Positions 24,825 through 36,179 of a DNA stretch of 64,000 nucleotides are shown here, one piece after another. Each line of letters begins with the position of its first letter. Position 1 is the stretch's first letter. Source of the DNA: Octopus sinensis (taxonomy: Eukaryota). The position numbers and the translations under genes are program-made. The DNA is taken from positions 3,596,001 through 3,660,000 of the forward strand of contig NC_043011.1 of assembly GCF_006345805.1 (NCBI RefSeq), read 5' to 3'. The notes beneath the pieces were generated by a model. It did no database searches. It was not told the origin of the DNA and saw nothing but the letters and a program-made list of their open reading frames with translations.

Positions 24825-24990
24825 ATATCAAAATAAGCAACAAGAATAACTCTGGTAAATTGTTGTTTATTCTTGTTCCTTATTTTGATTATAATCACCC
24901 CACGGATTTATATAGATAACACCATACAGAATTCTGGTGCATCTAACTTAAGTACCATATTCATTTGAATCTAAATTTTACTGAACTTAT
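24825..24990 (+). mobile_element. Small fold-back element in (TA)n
   Basis: atcaaaataagcaacaagaataa / ttattcttgttccttattttgat inverted arms plus an unpaired tail. Confidence 0.5.
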
Positions 24991-25199
24991 ATATATATAT
25001 ATATATAATAATAAATATTAGGGAATAAATACAAATTTACAGGGAAAAATCAGATTTAGGATTGAATCCAATTTTATAGTAAAATATTATATTATATTAA
25101 ATTAGAGACAAAACCACTATTATGCAAATCAAACAAAGAAAGACTTAAGCCAATACATAAAATAATTTATATAAATTTAGAAATTTAACAATTATAAAT

Positions 25200-25260
25200 A
25201 ACCACTACGATCGTTTCATGTCTTATTTCAGCACATCTTTGAGACATTCTTCAGGTGGTT
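25200..25260 (-). ncRNA. Minimal type I hammerhead ribozyme
   Basis: Exact reverse complement of 26349-26409. Confidence 0.85.
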
Positions 25261-26348
25261 TCAAAACCTAAAATATAATCACGCGCAAAGAATTTATCAA
25301 AAATTTATTCTATTTTTTGCTTATAACGTAATTCTATGAGTTTCTCTTAAACACTGTTTGTGATTCAAATTAGTCCATAGTTTAAAACTCGCCAAGAAGG
25401 TACGTATCTTTTAAGATCTCCAAATGTTAATTTTTAATATTGTATAAGCCTTAGGAGTAATAATATTCTCTTTATGTTAATATGCTGTTTATGTAATGAT
25501 CTATTTATCGTAATTTTCTATGTTATTAGTTATTAAATAATTTAGATAAACTTTGATAAATTAGATAGGTTTCGACTTAAGATGGTTTAGGCCATGTCTA
25601 ATATAATAGCATAATTTATATTAGATAATATTCCCATTCATAATTTTGTTTATAGTACTTATAGTATTTTTTAATACTATATTACTAAGTATGGAATATT
25701 CCTATAAGTATGTGGCTGAGTATCTGTGGCTACTGGATGTTGTTTCTCCTCTGTGTTAGTGTCTTGCAGTGTGCATACGTTAATGATTGAGTGATTGTAT
25801 GTGTGTGTGTGTGCGAGTATGCATAATTAATGTGTAGAAATATAGGGCTGCATTATAAAATATCCGTGTCTATATGTATTTGTGTATGTATAGATATATA
25901 TATGTGTGTGTGTTTGTTTACGTATTTATATATGTTTATTACATACATATAGTATATAGTATTTATTTAATACTATTTTACTAAGAATAAATATTTCTAT
26001 AAGTATGTGGTTGAGTATCTGCGGTTACTGGATGTTATTTCTCCTCTGTGTTAGTGTATTGCTGAGAGTATATGTTTATGAATGAGTGATTGTATGTGTG
26101 TGTGTGCGAGTATGCATAAGTAAGGTGTAGAAGTATAGTGCTGCATTATAATATCTATATAAGTAGATATAGACTAAAATGGATATTAGAATATGGATTT
26201 CTACCTTATAAATTAAAGTTAATATTTAACATTATAGTCGATTTCGATATAATCATATTTAATAATAGAGTTTATTGTAAGTAAATTTTTTATTTAGATT
26301 ATATAGATTATTTATATCTTAAATATATTGATTATTTTTAGGTTTTGA

Positions 26349-26409
26349 AACCACCTGAAGAATGTCTCAAAGATGTGCTGAAATAAGACATGAAACGATC
26401 GTAGTGGTT
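26349..26409 (+). ncRNA. Minimal type I hammerhead ribozyme
   Basis: AACCAC CUGAAGA AUGUCU (18 nt) AGACAU GAAA CGAUCG UA GUGGUU. Confidence 0.85.
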
Positions 26410-26507
26410 ATTTATAATTGTTAAATTTCTAAATTTATATAAATTATTTTAGGTATTGGCTTAAGTCTTTCTTTGTTTGATTTGCATAATAGTGGTTTTG
26501 TCTCTAA

Positions 26508-26552
<45 letters not shown>

Positions 26553-26556
<4 letters not shown>

Positions 26557-27043
26557 AAACAAGTAAAAATAGAAAATGCTAAAATAATTTTATAGTGAAC
26601 ATTTCAGTACCGGTTTCGGTCATTTTGAGACCTTCAACTGTAACGATTAAATAATTAAATTTAGAAAAATTAGAAGAAAAGTTTTTTTAAAAGAATATTT
26701 CTATAGTAGTGTTCAGATTTAAGTGGCATTCTGCCTTTCTCTGACTCCCTTGTTTGCACTTGTGTGTTCGAGGTAGTTCAACTACTCGAACACACAAGTG
26801 CAAACAAGGGAGTCAGAGAAAGGCAGAATGCCACTTAAATCTGAACACTACTATAGAAATATTCTTTTAAAAAAACTTTTCTTCTAATTTTTCTAAATTA
26901 ATTATTTAATCGTTACAGTTGAAAAGGTCTCAAAATGACCGAAACCGGTACTGAAATGTTCACTATAAAATTATTTTAGCATTTTCTATTTTTTACTTGT
27001 TTTTCATATATATCAACTCGTGTGTTCCTTTTCACCCTTATAC

Positions 27044-27050
<7 letters not shown>
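26553..27050 (+). mobile_element. Near-perfect 453-bp palindrome with 3' tail, PLE-derived
   Basis: Arms 26553-26778 and 26780-27005 around a 1-nt centre; tail to 27050; (TA)n flanks. Confidence 0.85.
26913..26956 (+). ncRNA. Hammerhead variant with U3-A8 core
   Basis: CAG UUGAAAA GGUC ucaaaau GACC GAAA CCGG UA CUG. Confidence 0.7.
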
Positions 27051-27088
<38 letters not shown>

Positions 27089-27315
27089 GTATATATAGAT
27101 GGTTGTGAATTGTAAAACATAACTGACACCACTACCACATCAACCTGAAGATTGCATACTTTAATGCATGAAAGTACTAGTTCAATCAGAATGGATCATT
27201 TAATATACTATCATTTTATTATATTATCTTATATTATCTTACATTATATTATTATAAGATTGTAAATAAAACATAAAAATCAAAGTTGGAATTTCTTTGA
27301 GTAATATATATATAT

Positions 27316-27500
27316 GATAGATCGCTAGGCACTAAACCTTTTTCTATTTTCTCTCCTTGTTTATTTCTATGTTCCTTTCTGTCAAAGAGTTTAGGCTCAA
27401 AACGTAAAAGACTTTCTCACTTCCTGACCATTAAACTAATACATCTGTTTGTTGTTTAAATACCCGTCTTCGTCTTTTGTTTTTTTTTGTAAATTCCCAC

Positions 27501-27501
<1 letters not shown>
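27316..27501 (+). mobile_element. PLE-derived fragment in (TA)n with a decayed hammerhead
   Basis: 27375-27410 CUUU CUGUCAA A GAGU uuag GCUC AAAA CG UA AAAG, the same layout as 36281-36315 with core mutations. Confidence 0.5.
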
Positions 27502-27528
<27 letters not shown>

Positions 27529-27531
<3 letters not shown>

Positions 27532-28400
27532 TTGTTGGCAATTATTTTTGTCTCGGAAGACAATGATGTTGCGCATAAAATAATCTAGTCCGGCTTTTAC
27601 ATTTCATGTCCTAATACATCTCCTGCTGTGGCTGTGTAGTCCTATCCTGGACAAACACTCCCTCTGGCAGGTGCCGCAAATATAGCAAAGACTTTGCCTG
27701 GCTGGTTGTAATGTCATAGTTTCTTGTTGACATCTTTTCTTGTCTTTCCATTTCTCCTCTCTCCCTCTGTCATTCCTTTGTATTCCCTCTTTTACGGTAC
27801 GTCGCCAATCTCCACAGTTGCTGGCAACTTCTTCCCAGTTGCTAATATTGATGTCGCAGGCCTTCATGTCCCTTTTGCAAACATCTTTGTATCGTAAGAA
27901 TGGTTTTCCTACAGACCTGGTGCCCCTAGCAAGCTCCCCATAGAGTATGTCCTTGGGGATTCTGCCATCTTCCATACGGCTAACATGTCCAAGCCATCTC
28001 ATACGTCTTTGTGTGAGGAGTGCAAACATGCTTGGTATTCCTGCTTGCTTGAGGACATCTTTGTTGAGGACATGATTCTGCCATTTGATGCCAAGGATTT
28101 TCCGGAGGCAGCGTGTGTATGGTGTCCAAGTCTCACTTCCATACAGTAGAGTGCTAAGTACACATGCCTGGTAAATCTTCATTTTTGTGGTCTTAGTCAG
28201 CTTATTATTGTGCCATGCGAAGACCAAAATCAGAAGCGTCCTGATCAAGGAGATGTTATTTGCTGATGCTGCTGCTCTGGTATCAAACACAGAAGAAGCC
28301 CTGCAAAGGCTCATCAACTGTTTTGAGCTAGCGTGTAGTGACTTTGGCTTAGTTATTAGCCTCAAGAAGACCAACATCATGGGCCAGGTTACATCGGACA
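27529..28400 (-). mobile_element. 5'-truncated RTE LINE with 5' inversion
   Basis: Minus 27604-28215 encodes KIYQACVLSTLLYGSETW...WLGHVSRM...CGTCQRECLSRIGLHSH; plus 28215-28395 encodes EMLFADAAAL...ISLKKT; (CAA) tail; TA flanks. Confidence 0.9.
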
Positions 28401-28409
28401 TATATATAT

Positions 28410-28595
28410 ATTGTTATATATTGTTATATTTAAGGATGAGCTTTTATTTCTTTTGCCTTTTCACCACATACACTATATACCTGTTCTTCAGTTCAGCTTT
28501 ATTATTTTTCCTATTTTAGCGTCGTTTGTCTGAAATGTTTCATCACACATCCTGTGACCTCTTCAGCAACTCTCCATTCCACATGTCTCCTCCAG
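28410..28595 (-). mobile_element. PLE-derived fragment with a degenerate hammerhead
   Basis: 28524-28570 minus: GUUG CUGAAGA g GUCACA ggaug UGUGAU GAAA CAUUUC; weak stem I. Confidence 0.55.
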
Positions 28596-28684
28596 TATAT
28601 AGATATATGCATGTATATGTAATCATACTGTGAGATTTAGATTCAGATTGCATAAAAAAAAACAGTATCTAAAACTCTATGAGC

Positions 28685-29065
28685 ATGTGTGGCTGTGCGG
28701 TAAGAAGCTGGTTCAGTCCCATTGCATGGCACCTTGGGCAAGTGTCTTCTACTATAGCCTTGGGGTGACCAAAGTTTTGTGAATGGATTTGATAGACAGA
28801 AACTGAAAGAAATCTATTGTATATAAATATATGTATATATTTTTTGGTGTGTGCATATGTTTGTCCACCCACCATTGCTTGACAACTGATGCTGGTGTGT
28901 TTATATCCCCATAACTTAGTGGTGCAGCAAAAGAGACCAATGGAGTAAGTACTAGGCTTACAAAGAATAAGTCCTAGGGCCAATTTCTTCAACTAACACT
29001 CTTTAAGGTGGTGCTCCAGCATGGCCACAGTCAAATGACTGAAACAAGTAAAAGAATAAAAGAAT
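28685..29065 (+). mobile_element. SINE family C, older copy
   Basis: Colinear with 40669-41079. Confidence 0.8.
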
Positions 29066-29413
29066 TCTTATATATATCTCCAAAGAAAATAATCATGTCG
29101 TTCACTTGATTTGTAGTCTGAATTTCCTTTGATTGGTCCAGAGTAAAAAATAAGCGAAACAAACAGATGAGTTTACTATGGTCATTGATAATGTAACACC
29201 ATCTGCAGTCCAGTATAAATTTTAAAGATCACTAGTGAAAGTAGGGCAATCTCTGAAGGTTTGACAATGCAATCAGCTTAGAAGATTTTCTTCATAAAAC
29301 AGATTATTTTTATTGTTAATGAAACATGGATTAGATGATGATACAACTAAATAATTTCTGAATAAACTCTCCAACTGCATTTTGTTATTTCTATGCCTGT
29401 ATATGTGTGTGTG

Positions 29414-29480
<67 letters not shown>

Positions 29481-29646
29481 ATACATACATACATATATAT
29501 ATATATCATATATGTGTTGATATGTTCATATGTGTGTGTGTTTGTGTATATATATGTATATATGTTTATATATGTATGTATATATGGAGGTATGATTGCG
29601 TGTATATATATATATACATATATATATATACATATGTATGTATATA

Positions 29647-29680
<34 letters not shown>

Positions 29681-30169
29681 CATATGTATATATATATACA
29701 TATGTATATATATATATACATACATATGTATGTATGTGTGTATGCATATATACATATACATGTGTATACATGATCATATGTATGTTTGTGTTTATGTTCT
29801 TCTCCATATTACACCTGCATATATTCAGGATGAGATTGTTGAATGTATGTACACTAACATACACATGCACAATCACACATACTTATACATACATGCATGC
29901 ATGCATTCACAAGCATGCACACACACACACAGGAAGTATTTGCTACTTATAATGTGGGTATGTACGTGTTTCGAGTGTATGATTACATAATATAGTTGAT
30001 GTACATGTTAGTTAATGAATCTGCAATTCTGCATGTGTGTGTCTGTGTCTGTGTCTGTGTGTGTGTGTGTTGTGTGTGCGTGCGTGTTCATTTGAGCTTT
30101 TCATGTATTTCCACTTTTTCCAACTGTCACTCAGAGTGGCTGGATTTCTTTTGATCTTGTTCTTTCATT

Positions 30170-30740
30170 CTGATTTCTTCTCTCTTTTCTTCTCTGTCAC
30201 TTCCACCTTTCACCCCGCCCCCCCCACCTCATTTCCTTTTTCTGACTTCTAATTCCACCCCCCTCTTTCTCTCTCTCTTCCTTCCTTCCACTGTCATTCT
30301 CTCCTCTTTCTTTCTCATTTCCTTAATTTACACCACTCTCCTTTCTTTCTCTTTCTCTACTTCTATCCAATCCTATTCTCTCACTTTCTTTGTTTCTCTC
30401 TCTCTCTCTCTCAGTCTCTCTCTACTTCTCTCCATTTCATTCTCCTCACATTTCTCAGTTTTTTCTTACCATTACTCTGCCTCTCTCACTCACTCTCTCT
30501 CTCTTTTTCCATTTCATTCTCTCTTTTCTCGCTCCCCACCTTTCTCTCACCTCACCTCTTTTCTTCTCACTCTCACTCTCACCTTACTTTCTCTCTCTTT
30601 CTCATTCCATTCTCTCCGCTCTCATTTCTCCCTCTCTTCTCTTTACTCTTACTCTTTCCATTTCAACCTCTCTTCACATTCTTTCTTCACTTCTCCCTTT
30701 CTGTCACTCTACCTTTCCCCTTTCTCTCCTCTCTCTAATT
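30170..30740. repeat. Degenerate (CT)-rich low-complexity tract
   Basis: Pyrimidine-rich composition seen directly. Confidence 0.8.
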
Positions 30741-31336
30741 TTATTATATCCTGAGGAGAAATTCTTTTCCATTAGTCAGCTCTTTCATTTCCATAGCTTC
30801 CAGCAAACATTCACTCATTGATAGCTGTTGCGTCTCTCAGTGTTTCATTTCTCTACTTAATACTGGCCACTCCAGCTGTGACTCTTGTCCAAGCTGGTTA
30901 TAAATTCTCAGTACACGGTTCTCAGACATCCTCATCACAAAAGTCCACACCACATCATTAGAATTAATTTAAGTAGAATGTAATTCTTGATGAGAAAGAT
31001 ATAAAACATTCATAATAGTGCTTTCTTCTAACTAAAAAGTAATTGTTCTCTTTATACATTAGCAGTGAAGCAAATTAGTTTCTCTGCCATACTTTCCAAT
31101 ACAATGTGATCCAAGGCAACAGATCAGCTTCTAAGTGGTAATTCACCGTGCTAGAAATAGCAGTCAAAATTTCTAAAAATCACACTTTTTTTTCTCTTGA
31201 AAAGTAAAGGATATGCTAGATAAAAATAGAATGGCCATGGTTGGATAATCTTGACCTAGATACACTATGTCCAAAATGAACAGGCAGCATGGTCATAACT
31301 AACAAAGCTTTTACTTATTGCAAAAATTGATGCTAC

Positions 31337-31568
31337 TGTTACACATTCATATCTATGTGTATACGTAGGTATACGTGTGTAGAATACATCCCCACTTTTG
31401 GTTCTATTTTGTTAGTAAACAGTACGAACTGTGTCTAAAGTATATATGTATCACTACGCTGAATGTTGACAGTTCGTTTTACATGTAAAGTAAATAAACA
31501 CGTAAAGCAATAACAATGCCTTCATTTGAGTTGTCTATCACCCATCGAGAACGAAACTACACATAACA
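31337..31568 (+). mobile_element. Solo LTR
   Basis: TGTTA...TAACA termini, AATAAA near 31493, flanks gctac and actac (5 bp, one mismatch). Confidence 0.65.
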
Positions 31569-32619
31569 ACTACAATCAAATATTTGACTTCATTCAATTA
31601 GTTAAACTCTTTCTCTCCATTTTTGTGGTCTTATTATTTTGGTTATCACTAACTAAGCTATGACTTAACTGAACCAGATTAAATATCTTGCAGTATTCAG
31701 TTTTGTCTTTCATCTTTCCGAAGTCAATGGACTAGCATATTTGTTAGAGTGTCAGATGGGTTGCCTTGCCTTGCAGTATCCCATCTGTTTTCTGACTTTT
31801 TGCATTCTGGTAAGAACATCTGTGGTGGCACTGCTATCCTGCTGCCATCAGCCTTGTCTTTCCTATAGACGTTGGTGGCACAGAGAAGAGAAACCTCCAA
31901 CTACTGGTATTCCATTGCCCAAGTCTAAGAGATGAAATTTCCAGGTACATCTCCATAGTCACATAAAACTACCATCTGTCAGTGAAACGAGTGGAAAAAA
32001 ATGTAGGATCATGAAACGCATTTTCTTATTTTATCTTTCTGTCATCTTGTGTACAAAGCCTGCCAGAGTTGATTCTGTATTTTATTCTTCGAGTGAGGAT
32101 TAATAAATTAAATTTCTATAATAATGGAATAACTTGAAAATTTCTTGCTTTGTCAGTTCAAAAAGTTAGTACATTCTTTTCTTCTTATGAAAGATTCTGC
32201 TCAAAATGTTAATGATTTCTCCATCTCAAGAATTTAACACATCCCAATTCAAGCTGAAGAGGAGGAGCAGACTTCTAAGAAGTCATTTGACCTCCAAGAA
32301 ATAACATCTATTTCCTCATTGCATTACACCCTGCTATCTCTAAAATAGCTTGAATATTGTAGTCTTAGATACATTATGTCTGGAAACAAGTTGGAATGGT
32401 CACAGTTGCACAGTCTTTGACTGTAGATCTGTTCAATCAGGGTTGGCCTGATGAAACAAGCCTCAACATTACAGCTACAAATACCAGGTTTTATTTCTGC
32501 TTTTTAGTGTGTCAATTCTTGCTAGGCAACTAAACATGAGCAGCTCAAGGTTCCCAAAATACTTAACAATTAAAGTGAACAGCTGAACTCAAGGAAACCC
32601 ATAATTTATCATTTTCAGG

Positions 32620-33053
32620 CAACGAGCATGATCGTTGCCAAAGCAACAAGCTGGCCTCCGTGCCAATGGCACATAGAAAAGCACCAGTCGAGCGTGATTG
32701 TTACCTACACCATCTTACTGGCACTTGTGCTGGTGGCATGTGAAAAAACATTCGAATGAGGTCATTGCCAGTGCCGCTGGACTGGCTCCTGTGCAGGTGG
32801 CACATAAAAAGCACCATTGAGTGTGCCCGCTGCCAGTACTACCTGACTGGCCCTCGTGCCGGTGGCATGTAAAAGCACCCACTACACTCTCGGAGTGGTT
32901 GGCGTTAGGAAGGGCATCCAGCCATAGAAACTCTGCCAGATCAGATTGGAGTCTGGTGCAGGCATCTGGTTCGCCAAACCTCAGTCAAATCGTCCAACCC
33001 ATGCTAGTATGGAAAGCGGACGTTAAACAATGATGATGATGATGATGATGATG
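32620..33053 (+). mobile_element. RTE-type LINE 3' UTR
   Basis: Repeated ggtggca...aaaagcacc units, ggaagggcatccagc, (GAT)n tail. Confidence 0.8.
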
Positions 33054-33780
33054 ACATTCATTTTTAACAGTAACTTTAATAGATTCAGGTTTCATAGCAG
33101 GATTCGGCTCAAAATGTTTTGCATGATTTCTGCAACTTTTTGATGCTTGATGTTAGTATTGTCATCTTGTTGCAGTTTGGGCATCCACACTGAATCTTTT
33201 AAATACTGTCATGTTTTAATTACACAGCAGTTAAACCTCAGAATAAAAACAATGTTAGTTCCCTTAGGAATAAGACATGGCAAGAAATACAACATAGACT
33301 GTTTTTTAATAATCATAAAATTTTAGACTCACTGTGAAAATAAAGAAAACTGTTACACCGCAGGGTTTTATCTTACCATTTGTACAAAAATTTGGTTCAT
33401 ATGATTAGTTTCTAGAGAAATAATAGCCATCTCTTGCCTAGAGTGAGATTAATAGCTTATAGATGTTTACAGCTGGTGGGGTACTATAAATTTCATGTGA
33501 TTGTATAAAACAGTAATGATGAATACATGCGTGTGTACATACACATATAAAAACACAAATATATATAGAACAGGTAAAAAGATATATTTTCAACACATTT
33601 ACTGTTCAGGATTTATGTGTTGAAAATATCTTTCTACTTATTCTACAATACATTTCAACGCTTCAAAAAAACAAAAAAAACTTAGGTTTGTTTACATATG
33701 ACGTTACAAATATATTTGTCTGTGTGTGTACACACACACATATACATTATATATGTCTTGCAAATAACTTGCACATGCAA

Positions 33781-34226
33781 GTGCTACCAGTCAATAACTC
33801 TGTATACCGGAAGCCAGCAAGTGTATGGGGTCATCAGGAGAGAATGCGCGCTGTTTCAGGGCCTACCTCTCGACGGCATCAATGCGCACCGGCCCCCCTC
33901 ACTGATATGAGGCCCCGCTTGCTGGATGAGCTGGTTATCAAATAAAGCTCAATATCCTTCTAGCCATCGCTCATCGTCTCTTTTTAACCAAATCCAGTGG
34001 CTAGCCTTCTCCACTGTAGATTGGATATCGGTCATGGTGGTATTGACTTTACGATGAGTTAGGCCTAGCGATAACAACAGTCGTCTCCGCTGTGTCCAAC
34101 GAACCCTCTACATCCGACTTCGATTGGAAAATGTTCTGCTTTCCAGCCTGCGTTTTCACATTCCTCGAGGAGGTTTACATAACGGTTAAATTTTCGAGCC
34201 CAAACGGCGTCCATATTATCTTCATG
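33781..34226 (-). mobile_element. HERO-like (R2 group, RLE) LINE 3' end
   Basis: ARKFNRYVNLLEECENAGWKAEHFPIEVGCRGFVG then, after a frameshift, VEKASHWIWLKR; stop at 33949-33951; GC-rich 3' UTR. Confidence 0.8.
33827..33899 (-). ncRNA. Hammerhead-like motif in permuted order in the HERO 3' UTR
   Basis: GUC-GAGAGG ... GAAAC ... UCUCUC-CUGAUGA; stem I pairs over 6 bp, stem II is non-canonical. Confidence 0.45.
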
Positions 34227-34855
34227 TTTGTATGTATATGAGTGTGTGTTTTTGCATGTGTGTGTCTGCATGCTTAATTGATAGTGGATCCAGATTACCA
34301 TGAACATTTCTTTGTAATTATTCTTTAATTATGAAATAAAGTAATATTTTGCTTGTTTTAGATATTTCCTAATTACTTCTCTTTCTTATGCTTTTCTTTT
34401 AACCTCTTCAAGTAGATAAACACTCAAAACTGCATATTGCCCTTACTCTTTCAATTTATCCCCCTCTCATCCTTTTATTTCCTTCTCTTCTTCTTTCTTT
34501 TCTGTCCTTACTTCTTTGTTTTCTCTCAGATCATTGAGATTTCCATTGAACTTAATCTGGACATACGTATCTCAGATGATTTATGATACTCTGTGCTAGA
34601 TACACAGGTTGAATACAGTTCTATATTTAAGAGACTAGGAATTATGTACATTATTTACATTTGATGGATATTTGTACTCATCTTGTTTGTTATTAACACA
34701 ATATTCCAACTGATATACCCTTTAATTTATTCATATAGGTCATGATGAAATGATAACAGCTTTCCATTATATAATGAATCTCTATATATATATAATGGCA
34801 GTGCCCCAGCATGGCCACAGCTTGTGAGCTGAAACTAAATAAAATTAAAAAAATA

Positions 34856-35222
34856 ATAATATAAACGGCAAAATGTCTGTCTGTGTGTGTGTGTGTCCTT
34901 TATAGAAATCCACAATTTTTCAGTTAGAGGGTTCGCACTTTCTATGGTCATTTAAAACTGTCCAAGGGTGGTCGTGCACATCTTTAAATTTCTCCAGTCG
35001 CCCAACAAAGCCATTAAAAAATCATTAGAAGTGACTTTTTTGTGAAATTTCTATCCAAAACCCAATCAAAATGCCCGAAACTTGATACGCCAATTGAATG
35101 CCAGCTAGCTGTATGTGATTGGTTGGAGATTTGGACAGTACTCGCGTGTATGTGTGCACGCACGCGGCTGTATATGCATGCACTAGCACTATGACTCAGT
35201 GTTGCCGGGTCATAGTGCTAGT
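34856..35222 (+). mobile_element. Non-autonomous Helitron
   Basis: Ends in the hairpin actagcactatgac...gtcatagtgCTAGT; tgtctgtctgtgtg tract near the 5' end. Confidence 0.65.
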
Positions 35223-35385
35223 ACTCCATAATCAATGCTATATAATCATTCAAAATGTTGAAACAGCTGTAACCAAGGAATAAATACACTATACCGATAC
35301 CTTCATTCTTTGCTTGTTATATATTTATGTATGAATGGATTGGTGGATGGATGACTGGATGGATGCATTGAGGAAAGTTTAGTAC

Positions 35386-35462
35386 CTAACAGAAGATAGT
35401 TTACTCCTAAACAGGTATTTTTTGGTCTGAGGGTTTCCGCTCAAGATGAAATTACTAGTCAT
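35386..35462 (-). CDS. Candidate host-gene first coding exon (MTSNFILSGNPQTKKYLFRSKLSSV)
   Basis: Acceptor attttatttcag at 35485, ATG at 35462, donor AG|GTACTA; phase 2 matches the 23335 exon. Confidence 0.3.
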
Positions 35463-35579
35463 ACTGGCATTGAATTTTCAACAGCTGAAATAAAATAGTT
35501 AGATTGAGTGAATCAACTGGAACACTCATCATTGTAACTGTCAGAGAGCGAGATAGATATATACACATATATATATACT

Positions 35580-35870
35580 TACGCTCGAGCGAGGTCATTG
35601 CCAGTGCCGCTGGACTGGCTCTTGAGCAGGTGGCATGTAAAAAACCCCATTTGAGCATGGCCGTTGGTAGTACCACCTGACTGGCCCTCGTGCGGGTGGC
35701 ATGTAAAAGCACCCACTACCCTCTCAGAGTGGTTCACATTAGGAAGGGTATCCAGCTGTAGAAACTCTGCCAGATCAGATTGGAGCCTGGTGCAGCCATC
35801 TGGTTCACCAGTCTTCAGTAAAATCGTCTAACCCATGCTAGCATGGAAAGCAGATGTTAAACGATGAAGA
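35580..35870 (+). mobile_element. RTE-type LINE 3' UTR
   Basis: Colinear with ~32755-33040. Confidence 0.8.
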
Positions 35871-36120
35871 TAGGATATAGCATACATACACACACACAAA
35901 CACACACACACACGTGTTTTCATCCTTGTCTTGACATGGCATAAGGGCTGTAGACAAGCATCACCATCCCTGTCTTCTGTGCAAAACATGTTGGGCCATG
36001 CTTGGGAAAAAGTGATGGTAGTTTACAGAAAGGGCAACCAGCCTTAGAAAATCTGCTTCAATGAATTCTATCTGATGTATACAAGCATGGAAAAGTGGAC
36101 GTTAAATTGATGATGAGGGC

Positions 36121-36179
<59 letters not shown>

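Larger units (their letters stand above)
25008..26510 (-). mobile_element. PLE-derived element with inverted pseudo-LTRs
   Basis: ~180-bp near-identical inverted arms 25100-25280 and 26330-26509, each with a hammerhead; tail 25008-25099; internal direct repeat; (TA)n flanks. Confidence 0.8.

Noticed and set aside
27604-28401. 265-aa ORF as a functional gene
   Set aside because: Chimera of antisense and sense RTE pieces with an internal deletion; lacks most of the RT.
30745-30960. Coding-like minus-strand frame (MRMSENRVLRIYNQ...)
   Set aside because: Internal stop, no splice support and no recognisable family.
34625-34712. Another hammerhead-type element fragment
   Set aside because: Resembles the tails of the other fragments, but no core is visible in this copy.
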